Positions 48,752 to 58,352 of a DNA stretch of 64,000 nucleotides are shown here, piece by piece. The DNA is from Bdellovibrionota bacterium (lineage in GTDB: Bacteria; Bdellovibrionota_C; UBA2361; OMII01). The DNA lies in assembly GCA_044345405.1 (NCBI GenBank), contig JBIJBE010000017.1:1-64000 (forward strand), given 5' to 3'. The position numbers and the translations under genes are program-made. The notes beneath the pieces are model-generated. The model was not told the origin of the DNA. It saw nothing but the letters and a program-made list of their open reading frames with translations, and did not search any database. Positions within the stretch are counted from its first letter, which is position 1. Every line of letters begins with the position of its first letter.

Positions 48752-49594
48752 ATGAGAACGCTTTTAACCACCTTTGTTGTTCTGTGTTGTGCGCTATGCG
48801 CGCCAGTGATGTCGCACGCATGTCCTCTTATCTCCGGATTGCCTGACTACAACTGTGACGGTGAGCTCGTCATCTCCGTTGTCGGAGATAGTCTCGTGTA
48901 TGGGACCGGCGATACTCGCAACGATGGATATGGTGGCTACGTCCTTCGCGCCCAGGAATCGTTGCCAGGAATTACCATCCACAATTTCGGATATCCCGGA
49001 GTGACGACGATCGCGCTCATCGCCAAAATCAAGAGAGCCTTCGGGAAAAGAGGCTTAAGCCCTCTCGCTGAGGCGATGGTGAAATCTGACTTTATCGTCA
49101 TCGATGTTGGTAGAAACGATGAGTGGTCTGAGTCGTACGCTGAGACTGCCGCCGCTCTTAAACGGTTGCGTGTAGATATTGAGGATGATGTGAGGGAGGT
49201 CTCAGGCCACAAGCCCCTTGTAGTAACCGCGGTGCTCATGATCACCCGAAAGCTCAAAAAGGGGGCGTGGATAGCTGAGTTGAATCGATACATCTCGGCC
49301 TCGAACTCGGTATCGACTCCCGCCGATCTTCGCTTTGACTCTGTCCCATGGAGGCTCTGCGGCCCTGACCGTATTCATCCAACCTCGAAGGGTTACGACC
49401 GCCTCGCTGGAAACTTTATCAAGTATATTACCCGGACGTATCCCGAACATGTTCAGAGATTGCGCAAAGATAGGGACCTCGACGGGCTCTACGATATCTT
49501 TGAGGCGAGTCGATTTGGGACCGATCCCCTTAAGCCCGATACCGACGGGGATGGTCTTCTTGACGGATTCGATCCAAATCCGCTCAATCCATAA
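48752..49594 (+). CDS. Secreted SGNH/GDSL hydrolase with C-terminal Ca-binding (DxDxDG) repeat
   Basis: GDSL, GRND, DRIHP; DRDLDGL..GTDP..DTDGDG. Confidence 0.9.
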   Translation: MRTLLTTFVVLCCALCAPVMSHACPLISGLPDYNCDGELVISVVGDSLVYGTGDTRNDGYGGYVLRAQESLPGITIHNFGYPGVTTIALIAKIKRAFGKRGLSPLAEAMVKSDFIVIDVGRNDEWSESYAETAAALKRLRVDIEDDVREVSGHKPLVVTAVLMITRKLKKGAWIAELNRYISASNSVSTPADLRFDSVPWRLCGPDRIHPTSKGYDRLAGNFIKYITRTYPEHVQRLRKDRDLDGLYDIFEASRFGTDPLKPDTDGDGLLDGFDPNPLNP

Positions 49595-49694
49595 CGGTGT
49601 GTGCGACGTCGGCCGTTGTTATGCCCCTCCGATCTTTACTGCTCTCAAACTTCAGTCCAAGATATAAGGTATACGGTCGCGTTCGGAGTTTTCG

Positions 49695-50417
49695 ATGATC
49701 CGCTGGAACCTAATTCTTTCTCTGATCTTTCTCTCTATCGTTTCCCGATCTGACCGGTCTTTTGCTCAGGGTGCGCCTCTCTCAGACCGCAACAACGATG
49801 GGCAGATCGAGGTCATCGCGTTCGGAGATAGCATCACCTACGGCGTAGGTGACGGGACGGAGCCCGGGCAATACGTAAGCCAGATAGGTGAGGTGGGAGA
49901 CCCTCGGGGCTATCCTCTTAGGCTCTCCTCGTTACTGGGAGTTTCTGTTCTCAACGCGGGAATTCCAGGTGAGACGGTTATCGGTATACCTGGCGGCCGA
50001 GTCGCGGGAGTTGTCCGGTTTCCTGAGGTTGTTGTTGGCGGCACCGCGGACCTGGTTATTATCTTAGAGGGGATCAACGACGCTCGTTACGATATCTCGG
50101 CGACGGAGCTTGAAGCCGGGTATCAAAAGATGATCAACGTGGCGCGAGCCGACAATAAAAACGTCACCATCGCGACCCTCTTACCTACAACTGTTGAGCG
50201 TGGGATCTTAGCCCCGACCGCCGCGCTCTACTCCCAGACTATTCGAGGGCTCGGCGCGATGAATGGAATCCTCGTTATCGATCTTGAGCAGGACTTTTTG
50301 CGAGACTGTCCCGATCTCTCAACGTGTCCGTACTACAATCTTCCAGAAGGGCTCCACCCGAATACCCTAGGCTACGACGCTATTACTACGATGATCGCGA
50401 CGGCACTACAGCGCTAG
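49695..50417 (+). CDS. Secreted SGNH/GDSL hydrolase
   Basis: GDSITYG, NAGIPG, EGIND, EGLHPN. Confidence 0.9.
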   Translation: MIRWNLILSLIFLSIVSRSDRSFAQGAPLSDRNNDGQIEVIAFGDSITYGVGDGTEPGQYVSQIGEVGDPRGYPLRLSSLLGVSVLNAGIPGETVIGIPGGRVAGVVRFPEVVVGGTADLVIILEGINDARYDISATELEAGYQKMINVARADNKNVTIATLLPTTVERGILAPTAALYSQTIRGLGAMNGILVIDLEQDFLRDCPDLSTCPYYNLPEGLHPNTLGYDAITTMIATALQR

Positions 50418-51250
50418 GCCGGCGTTTCATCCTTACCATCAAGGATTCCGTCGCCGTCTGTGTCAGGATTAGAGGGAGAGGTTCCGTATCGTTCGACCTC
50501 GTACTCGTCGTACAAACCGTCATCGTCGTTATCTTGTCGAAAGATCTCCACGTGCTTCGGAAGAGTTTCGGTGAGATATGTGTACAGGATCTTAGCGATT
50601 GCGTCGTAGCCAAGAGAGCTTGGGTGAACGCGGTCAATAAGGAGTTTCTTACTCACCGAGTTAAACCGAAGATCTCCGGGGGGGAGCGACTTGCTGTTAG
50701 CAGCTATGTATTTATTGAGCTCTAGTATCCATGCGCCCTGTCCAGTTCGGTTCGCTCCCATGAGTTGCGCCGTTACGACCAGAGGTTTGTGTCCCGATGC
50801 TGAATTAACTTCAGTTTGAATCAGCTCACGAAGACGCTTTAAATTTCTCCACGTAACGATCGCGGGTCGGAATTTCCACCAATCGTTTCTGCCGATGTCG
50901 AGGATGATGATATCCGCGTTCGTCAAGCTTGACGCGAAGGTGGTATCGCCCACGCCATTGAATGAATCCTGTATGACGCCTAAAACTCGTCGCGCCTCCT
51001 CTCCGGGAGTACCTCGATTGTCAAAGGTCGCTTTCGGAAACTTTTGAGCTATCCGTAGGACATACCCACCCTTGCCACCATTTCGGACGTCGCCAACTCC
51101 GTACACCACGCTGTCTCCAACGACAACAACTTGCGCGGTGCCATCACAATTAATATCTGGTAATCCACCGACAGCGGGACACGCGAAGCAACGACTTGAT
51201 GAGAACGCGAGAAAGGCGAAAAGCGCGAGTGAGTTGCGGAGATGTAGCAT
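50414..51250 (-). CDS. Secreted SGNH/GDSL hydrolase with C-terminal Ca-binding repeat (paralog of 48752)
   Basis: GDSV, GRND, DRVHP; DNDDDGL..GTSP..DTDGDG. Confidence 0.9.
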   Translation of the reverse strand: MLHLRNSLALFAFLAFSSSRCFACPAVGGLPDINCDGTAQVVVVGDSVVYGVGDVRNGGKGGYVLRIAQKFPKATFDNRGTPGEEARRVLGVIQDSFNGVGDTTFASSLTNADIIILDIGRNDWWKFRPAIVTWRNLKRLRELIQTEVNSASGHKPLVVTAQLMGANRTGQGAWILELNKYIAANSKSLPPGDLRFNSVSKKLLIDRVHPSSLGYDAIAKILYTYLTETLPKHVEIFRQDNDDDGLYDEYEVERYGTSPSNPDTDGDGILDGKDETPA

Positions 51251-51439
51251 GGGAAGCCCTGTTATCGTCAGTACTCCTCAAAATGTACCGGGTATTCCAT
51301 TCCGGAACAACACTCCCCTCTTTTTAGGGGGTTATGCTTGGTCGAAACCGGCACCACCTGCTCGTTTGTAGGTAGAGGTCGGGCGCCCTAGGTATGCCCG
51401 CATCGCCGCTGAGGAGGAGCTTGAGATTACGTGTGAGCG

Positions 51440-51946
51440 CTACTCAGGGAGCTCCACAAATTCCACAGCGCCGGTTTCGGGCTGCAGAAACGCGATCGTA
51501 TACCTATCCGCCGAGAAGAGCGCGCCAGGGTTAATAATTCGGGTTCTTCCCACAACCTCGTCTCGAGGAATGTGTGTGTGTCCGTGAAGTACGTAATCGT
51601 ATTGTTGTGTGGCGACCGCCTCATCGATTACCCGCATGCTCGTTCCGTGGTTTACGAAAAAGGTCTTTCCGGCGTGCTCGAAGGTAAGCGTGTCGTCTAT
51701 CTGCGAGAAGCCAAGCTCCCCACATTTCTTCTTTAAACCGGAGCGCTCCCCGTCGTTGTTTCCAAAGACGAGCTTGAGCGGCAAGCCAGCGAATCGCTCA
51801 AGAACAGGAGGGGAGATGATATCACCGCAGTGAATGACGAGAGATGGTGAACGTTCTTTAAAAACCGTAACGGCTTTTAAAATCATTCGAACGTCTTCGT
51901 GCGTGTCAGATACGATGCCAACGAGGGTATTCATAGGTGAGACCAT
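51440..51946 (-). CDS. YfcE/MJ0936-family metallophosphoesterase
   Basis: SDTH, HCGD, GNND, HG, GHTH, NPG motifs. Confidence 0.92.
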   Translation of the reverse strand: MVSPMNTLVGIVSDTHEDVRMILKAVTVFKERSPSLVIHCGDIISPPVLERFAGLPLKLVFGNNDGERSGLKKKCGELGFSQIDDTLTFEHAGKTFFVNHGTSMRVIDEAVATQQYDYVLHGHTHIPRDEVVGRTRIINPGALFSADRYTIAFLQPETGAVEFVELPE

Positions 51947-51961
51947 AACGTAAGAGAGAGA

Positions 51962-52639
51962 TTACGGAAACTGCGCAAGCCCGTGGAGATGGGCTATGAG
52001 GTACTGCTTCGATTGTTGGTTCCCATCATGCCACTCCCTGGTCGCGTCTCCCATGTGGGAACAGATGCGGGGGAGGTGCTTAAGCTGAAAACCCTGCTCG
52101 AGGCACCGGGCTGAGTGCATGACGTCGCAGTAGTTGAACGGGTAATCACCGGAGTAGGGGTTCTGCTTCATGTAGTCCGTAAAAGCGATGAACACCGCGC
52201 CTTGCACATGAAAGTGCTTCTCCTCGCTCAAGTGGTTGGGCCACGGGGTCACGGTGCCAGCGATACGATAGCCGGCGTCGTAATCGTCATCTGAGAGGTT
52301 GCCGATCAGATACTGAAGCCATCTCGGGTCGTAGATGTAGGTATCGTTGGCGCACAGGTAGACGAGCCACTTTGAGTCAGCCACCTCGATAGCCTTGTTA
52401 GTCGCTTGGGCGAGTTGGCCCTCGTTATTATTCTCGATGTAGGTGATTGCGCACAGCTCCGCGTTTTCTTGCACGAACTCCGCCACATCGCGCTTGAGCT
52501 CTGGATCGGTATTGTTGTCCACGACGATAATCTCAACCCGCGAGAGGTCGTATCGGGTTCGGATGACGATCTGGTTGAACACCCGCTTGAAGAGGTCGTT
52601 GTTTTCAAATGGACAGAGGACTATTGAAACGTCTTTCAT
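51962..52639 (-). CDS. Glycosyltransferase family 2 (GT-A) protein
   Basis: VSIVL, EIIVVDN, NNEG..A.NKAI, degenerate DxD (AND). Confidence 0.8.
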   Translation of the reverse strand: MKDVSIVLCPFENNDLFKRVFNQIVIRTRYDLSRVEIIVVDNNTDPELKRDVAEFVQENAELCAITYIENNNEGQLAQATNKAIEVADSKWLVYLCANDTYIYDPRWLQYLIGNLSDDDYDAGYRIAGTVTPWPNHLSEEKHFHVQGAVFIAFTDYMKQNPYSGDYPFNYCDVMHSARCLEQGFQLKHLPRICSHMGDATREWHDGNQQSKQYLIAHLHGLAQFP

Positions 52640-52792
52640 AGGAGGGGATGCCTCAATTCAACTAGTTAGTGTATCGGCGAAATGGGAGGGTTGCTTGAGG
52701 TGCCTCAACGGGCAACTTACCGTGTTGTAAATACTTGATAGTAGTTAAGTTTTCCGGTCGATTGTCGTTACTCTCCCTACACCAGGCGACCT

Positions 52793-53374
52793 ATGGACCA
52801 GCGAGAAGCGATCCTGAAAACCATCCCAACGTCGTGGCGAGAGCACGCGCCCTTCGCGCAGTGGCTCGTTCGTCGAACGCTCCCATGCTCAATCGTCGAC
52901 CTCGGCGTAGACTACGGCTTCTCCACATTCACCTTCGCTCTACCGGGAATAGGGCATGTGTGCGGCATCGATTCGTTTGAGGGGGATTCTCAGGCGGGCG
53001 AGCGGAACACCGAGATATTTGTTCGTGCCAAACGTGGAGAGCTCAATTTGACGAATTGCTCGATCCTAAGGGGATACTTTGATGAGGTCGCCACAACCTG
53101 GACAACTCCGATCGATATCCTTCATATCGATGGATTCCACGCCTATGACGCGGTTAAGAAAGATTACGAAACGTGGACGAGGTTCTTAAAGCCGAATGGG
53201 GTAGTGCTCATGCACGATACCTGCGTGCTGAATTATGGGGTTAAAGACCTCTATCATGAGATAGATATTCCCAAGGTTAACTTCGGTCACTGTTATGGGC
53301 TTGGCGTGATATCCCGAGATGAGAAGCTCCTCGAAGAAATTAAAGAGATCTTCGGCGACAAGCTGATCGCATAA
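52793..53374 (+). CDS. Class I SAM-dependent methyltransferase (Methyltransf_24-like)
   Basis: VDLGVDYGFS, GIDSFEGD, IDILHIDGFHAY, GVVLMHD. Confidence 0.9.
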   Translation: MDQREAILKTIPTSWREHAPFAQWLVRRTLPCSIVDLGVDYGFSTFTFALPGIGHVCGIDSFEGDSQAGERNTEIFVRAKRGELNLTNCSILRGYFDEVATTWTTPIDILHIDGFHAYDAVKKDYETWTRFLKPNGVVLMHDTCVLNYGVKDLYHEIDIPKVNFGHCYGLGVISRDEKLLEEIKEIFGDKLIA

Positions 53375-53453
53375 TCGACCTCTCCTACTACCCCTTCCCC
53401 CGCAAACTACGCTAGGATCACCTTGTTAACGTTGTTGTAGTAGGGAGGTCGCC

Positions 53454-53849
53454 ATGACCACAGCGCTTATTATACTCGCCGGATGTGCCCTCGTTCTCGT
53501 TCCAACCCTTCTCTTCGTCGTACTCGTCCAGCCGATCTGGGCCTTCGTTGAGGTGTGTGGAACATCCCTCCTGGGGCGGGGCGGTAAGATACTTTGGCTT
53601 CTCGCTCTCCTTATCTTCACCGTCATCGGTAGTATTCCGTACGCGCTTTTTGTCTCCACCTCCGCGGCGCTACGGCAAGTCACCCTCGTATGTCTGTTGC
53701 TTATGGGAGTTGTCGCCGGTATCGGATACGGCGTCGTGCAGTACAATCCTCACCTCAAGGACCAGGTTATGCAGCAGGTCAATGAAGCTCGAGGCGCCTA
53801 CTCCCACGTGAAAGATATCTCCGAGCTCGCGAAGCGCGTAACATGGTAG
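53454..53849 (+). CDS. Small membrane protein (PLDc N-terminal-like hairpin)
   Basis: IWAFVEV..KILWLL..IGSIPY pattern; GGAGG RBS. Confidence 0.65.
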   Translation: MTTALIILAGCALVLVPTLLFVVLVQPIWAFVEVCGTSLLGRGGKILWLLALLIFTVIGSIPYALFVSTSAALRQVTLVCLLLMGVVAGIGYGVVQYNPHLKDQVMQQVNEARGAYSHVKDISELAKRVTW

Positions 53850-53859
53850 TATAGGGCGT

Positions 53860-55335
53860 ATGCCAAAGAGTCACTTCTCGATCGATAGAGTTACCTCTCT
53901 CTCAAATGTTCCTAAAGGTGGACGGATTCACGTTATCGGTGTTGCCGGCGTCGCTATGGCACAGCTTGCGGTTGAGCTTACGAAACAGGGATTTCTCGTC
54001 TCTGGGAGTGACAAAGATTTCTACGAACCGATGGGAAGTTTCCTTAGAAACTCATCGGTCACCCTGTTTAAGGGATACGCCGCGACGAATGTCCCATCGT
54101 CGGTAGATCTCGTGGTCATCGGCAACGCTGTCAGCTACGAAAACGTTGAGGTAGGAGTTGTTGAGGAGCGAAACCTTCCTTACTCATGTTTCCCGCGAAT
54201 GCTGCATGAGACGATTATCGACGGAAAACGCTCTATCGTTGTGACCGGCACCCACGGTAAATCCACCACAACAGCGCTTATCGCCTCGACACTTTTAAAA
54301 TTAGGAGGCGACCCTAGTTACTTCGTTGGTGGCATCGCGCAGGACCTCCCGATGAGTCTCGCCCGTGGGGATGGCGCATACAGCGTGGTTGAAGGGGATG
54401 AGTACGATAGCGCCTTCTTCGCGAAGGTTCCAAAGTTCTCCTTCTATCATCCCGATATCTGCGTCATTAACGCGATCGAGTATGATCACGCCGATATCTA
54501 CGCGGATGTTGAGAGTATCATACGGGTCTTTCGTGAGATGGTGGTCACGATGCCCGCTCACGGCACCGTGCTGTGTTGCACCGATTATCCACATGTAAAA
54601 AACCTTGTGGACGAATTAAAGGGAAAGGTCGCAAGTCGCATCGTCACGTTTGGAACCTCACCTGGCGCTGATATCTCTATCCTTCGACGAGAACAGGTTG
54701 GACTCTCTCAACGCGTTACCGCTCGCAGTGAAACGCATGGTGAGTTTACCTTCTCGATTCCGATGAGCGGCGTCTATAACGCGAAGAACGCGCTTGTCAC
54801 GATCGTGGTCGCGATGATGAGTGGGTACTCTTTGGAGAAAGCAACTGCAGCGGTCGCGACCTTCAAATCCGTGAAGCGGCGACAAGAGGTGCGTTACGAT
54901 AAGCACGGCGTAACCCTGATAGAGGACTTCGCGCACCATCCGACCGCGGTTCACGAAACGCTCTCAGGTATTCGCGAGGCGTTTCCAGGAAGAAAGATAT
55001 GGGGCGTATTCGAGCCACGGTCGAACACCAGTCGCCGAAAAGTGTTCCAAGAGCCGTACGTCTCAGCGTTCAAGAACGCTGATGAGGTCGTGTTGTGTCA
55101 GGTCGTCTCTCGCGAGATCGACACCAATCAAGAGTTACTTGATGTTGATACGTTAAGCGCGAAGATAGGGGAGGGTGGCACATCCTCTCGCGCGCTCCCT
55201 GATCCGAAAGCGATTGAGCAGTTTCTTCTCGCTCAGGTTGGCTCGAATGATGTCATCGTGGTGATGTCGAACGGATCATTTGGTGGGCTTCCGCAGTCTC
55301 TTGAGAACGGGCTCACAGCCCGTTTCGGTCGGTAA
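53860..55335 (+). CDS. mpl: Murein peptide ligase (Mpl/MurC family)
   Basis: IHVIGVAGVAM, VSGSD..YEPM, GTHGKSTT, EGDEYDSAFF..KF, DFAHHPTA, FEPRSNT, MSNGSFGG are Mpl-type. Confidence 0.88.
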   Translation: MPKSHFSIDRVTSLSNVPKGGRIHVIGVAGVAMAQLAVELTKQGFLVSGSDKDFYEPMGSFLRNSSVTLFKGYAATNVPSSVDLVVIGNAVSYENVEVGVVEERNLPYSCFPRMLHETIIDGKRSIVVTGTHGKSTTTALIASTLLKLGGDPSYFVGGIAQDLPMSLARGDGAYSVVEGDEYDSAFFAKVPKFSFYHPDICVINAIEYDHADIYADVESIIRVFREMVVTMPAHGTVLCCTDYPHVKNLVDELKGKVASRIVTFGTSPGADISILRREQVGLSQRVTARSETHGEFTFSIPMSGVYNAKNALVTIVVAMMSGYSLEKATAAVATFKSVKRRQEVRYDKHGVTLIEDFAHHPTAVHETLSGIREAFPGRKIWGVFEPRSNTSRRKVFQEPYVSAFKNADEVVLCQVVSREIDTNQELLDVDTLSAKIGEGGTSSRALPDPKAIEQFLLAQVGSNDVIVVMSNGSFGGLPQSLENGLTARFGR

Positions 55336-55613
55336 TTCACCCTCCTCCCGCACACTCTCAAAACGTCAGAAACGGACACATTCGGGTCGATCAGGCCAGG
55401 AGGCTCCGCGGGCCGGACAGGCTCGATCGGTCGTTCGCTAGCATAAGGGGTGCGCGCCCCCTATAGTTTCCTCCCATGAGTCGCTCCACGAGGAGGACCT
55501 CATAGTCACAATCTCATACGGGTAGAGAACTCAACACAAAAGGTTTTGTGCGAACTCCCCATCGCTCGGTGCGGTGAAGAAAAGCACATCAACAAAAAGG
55601 AAACCCGTTACAC

Positions 55614-56942
55614 ATGAACCAGTACATTGGACTCGTTGGTCTGTGCGCGGTCATAGCGTTTTGCTATGGCCTCTCACGGAATAGGCGTAAGATCGATTGG
55701 AAGCTCGTTGCCTATGGCATCGGACTTCAAATCCTTCTCGCATTTGTCGTGTTGAAGACCGCTCCTGGCCGAGCGACCTTCGACTATTTAAATGACGGCT
55801 TTGACGCGTTGATGAGTCAGTCGAAAGAGGGCGCGAGCTTTCTCTTCGGCGGTCTCACCGAGCAGTCGATTCCCGTCACGGACGCGCAAGACGCAAAAAC
55901 TGGAGGTCTTATCCGGTTAGGCGCGTCCTTCGCGTTCGCAGTGCTTCCAAGTGTCATCTTTTTCTCATGTTTGATGGCTATCCTGTACCATGTCGGTCTT
56001 ATGCACCGCATCGTGTATTGGATGGCTCTTCTGATGAAGAAAACGCTTAAGACAAGTGGCGCTGAGTCACTGTCTGCGGCGGCTAATATCTTTGTTGGGC
56101 AAACAGAAGCTCCGCTTCTGATCCGGCCCTACTTGGAGAAGATGACTCGCAGCGAGATCCTCGCTGTGATGATCGGTGGTATGGCAAATATCGCTGGAGG
56201 GGTGTTGGCGGCGTACGTGAGTATGTTGTCGGACAAGTTCCCCGATATCGCAGGGCATCTCATCGCGGGAAGTATCATGTCAGCGCCAGCATCGTTGGTA
56301 TTGGCAAAGATCTTACTTCCCGAGGAGGAGGTGCCTGAGACCGCGGGTAACGTCGACTCGCAGTTCGTTCGCATCGACGCGAACGTCATTGACGCCGCGA
56401 CGCGTGGCGCGAGTGAGGGGTTGACCCTTGCTCTCAACATCGCCGCGCAGCTCCTGTGCGCGATCGCGTTGGTAGCTCTTGGTAATTCGATGTGGGGCGG
56501 GATCTGTCACTGGGCAACCGGTATGACAGGTTACAGCCTAAGTCACGTCGATACATTCCAAGAGGTACTTGGGTACGCATTCGCTCCGGTCGCTTGGTTG
56601 CTCGGCATTCCTGGACAGGATTGCCTCGTGGCCGGCAAGCTCCTTGGGGAAAAGACGATCCTCAATGAGTTTGTGGCGTACGCCCATATGGGGGATTACC
56701 TTCACGGGAAACCCTTAATGGACGGAGTGCCGGTGCAAGAGCTAACGGAACGCACGAAGATCATCCTGAGCTATGCCCTCTGCGGCTTCGCTAACATCGG
56801 ATCGATCGGAGTATTGGTAGGAGGCATGGGCGCGCTTATGCCGAGTCGTAGAGGTGATATCGCTCGCTTGGGCCTTCTGGCACTCGTTGGCGGCACCTGT
56901 TCCACCTTCATGACAGCTATTATCGCTGGCTTGATCGTGTGA
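55614..56942 (+). CDS. nupC: Concentrative nucleoside transporter (NupC/CNT)
   Basis: AANIFVGQTEAPL, IAGGV, NEFVAY, YALCGFANIGSIG. Confidence 0.93.
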   Translation: MNQYIGLVGLCAVIAFCYGLSRNRRKIDWKLVAYGIGLQILLAFVVLKTAPGRATFDYLNDGFDALMSQSKEGASFLFGGLTEQSIPVTDAQDAKTGGLIRLGASFAFAVLPSVIFFSCLMAILYHVGLMHRIVYWMALLMKKTLKTSGAESLSAAANIFVGQTEAPLLIRPYLEKMTRSEILAVMIGGMANIAGGVLAAYVSMLSDKFPDIAGHLIAGSIMSAPASLVLAKILLPEEEVPETAGNVDSQFVRIDANVIDAATRGASEGLTLALNIAAQLLCAIALVALGNSMWGGICHWATGMTGYSLSHVDTFQEVLGYAFAPVAWLLGIPGQDCLVAGKLLGEKTILNEFVAYAHMGDYLHGKPLMDGVPVQELTERTKIILSYALCGFANIGSIGVLVGGMGALMPSRRGDIARLGLLALVGGTCSTFMTAIIAGLIV

Positions 56943-57066
56943 CTAAAACGGAGCGGAGGTTCTTTTTGAAGTTTTCGAAGAGTTCTCTCCCTCCCTTTCC
57001 TGACTTTAAAAATAAGGTATGACCTCTGTGAAGCGCATCGCAACGTGGGTGGCGGTCAACCGGGTC

Positions 57067-57678
57067 TTAGTAGGCGTGATAGAAACGGTTCGGAACGCTC
57101 TGCTTGGGGGCCGTCGAGGCATTTCGGTATATGACGTACTTCGCGGCGTCATAGATAGAGCCCTCGAGTTCGGACGCGAGCGCGTTGAGTGCGAAGATAG
57201 TCGCGGCGATGCTTACAAAGTGGATTACCAAACTCCCCCATGTTTCTTTAAGATTCGCGAGGCTCCATCGCCACACGACCCCTGGAACGATGACATAGAG
57301 TACAATCGTCAGGAGCCCTCCTTGATTGGGGCTATCTCCATACATGGTGAGCCACAAGTGCATGTAGCTTAGAAGCGTGGTTAAGGCTGATAGGTAGAGG
57401 AGGGCGACCAGTAGTCGAACCGGTAGAGTGGCTGACGCGGTATTTCCGGTCGTCGAGATGATGACAAGACAAGCTCCAAAAAAGGCACATAGGCCGAAGA
57501 CTTTCATTTCCCAACTGGTCATAGCTTTATGAAGAAGGGAGTCGTTCTCGGATTGTTGGCGAATCTGATTGATAGTGTTGACCTTTCTCTGCTCGCCTCG
57601 AATACGGTTCTTATCAACACAGCTTCGACAGAGGAGGCCGACTGTCGCGGGTTCGGCGTGGCAGCTATGGCATTTCAT
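57067..57678 (-). CDS. Membrane protein with N-terminal zinc-finger-like motif
   Basis: CHSC..LCRSC followed by about four TM helices. Confidence 0.7.
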   Translation of the reverse strand: MKCHSCHAEPATVGLLCRSCVDKNRIRGEQRKVNTINQIRQQSENDSLLHKAMTSWEMKVFGLCAFFGACLVIISTTGNTASATLPVRLLVALLYLSALTTLLSYMHLWLTMYGDSPNQGGLLTIVLYVIVPGVVWRWSLANLKETWGSLVIHFVSIAATIFALNALASELEGSIYDAAKYVIYRNASTAPKQSVPNRFYHAY

Positions 57679-58215
57679 ACGGTCTCCGGAGCGATGTCTC
57701 TAGTGGGAACTGAGGCAAGTAGCGGTATAGCTGTGGCGAAGATTTCATGTCGGGCCTGCGAACAATCCCCAGCATTTCTTCGTCATCGCGGGGATGCTTC
57801 TTGAGTTCTTGAGGACTTTTAGGTGCCTAAAATCGCTAAGGCCTCGTTCTCAGGAGTACTTCAACGCGCTCCTTCCTAACACCAATACGGCGCCGCCGAT
57901 TGCAGGCGCTCCACTGGCATGCGGTCGGAGGGGCTGAAAGCATTCGACATCAGGACGGACTAAATGTCCTTTTCGTTGAGGGAAAACGCGACGCGGTGAT
58001 TCGACGTTGTTCCACTTTAGGTGGAATATGGGTCCATTTCTATTTTAGCGCCACCCACATTGGTACTCTTCTTCCGCTTACTTGGCGTTGTCGCGTTGCC
58101 TCGCTGACAGCTTGAAGCACCCAGATAGGTACAAGGCGGTTTGTATTCGAGCGCTAAAGCGGCGCTCATGTTTTTCTGGCTTTTTGATTCAGAAAACCCA
58201 GCGAATCGAACTGCC

Positions 58216-58352
58216 TGCTATAGTTCTTTAAAAAACTGGCTAGGGAAGAAGGGATTCAGTGGTGTTCACTGATTGCTTCAGGGTCGGCGGAACTGTCAAG
58301 GTGATAGTTCGTTTTGATCCGAAAGCTTCTACTGAATGAAAGGAATTCAGTA
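58216..58352 (+). promoter_or_regulatory. Extended -10 promoter and structured leader of the SPFH gene
   Basis: TGcTATAGT at 58216-58224; hairpins at 58281-58320 and 58330-58352 (SD-like GAAAGGA in the loop). Confidence 0.45.

Noticed and set aside
55440-55505. Purine riboswitch upstream of nupC
   Set aside because: CATAA...AGTTTC resembles the core, but the P2/P3 loops lack the kissing-loop consensus and there is no clear P1
48268-55527. Shared short words (ATACGGGTAGAG, TCCCGCACAC, CAGGCTCGAT) between the post-cox spacer and the nupC leader
   Set aside because: Not collinear, spacing differs, and 10-12-mers recur by chance in 64 kb
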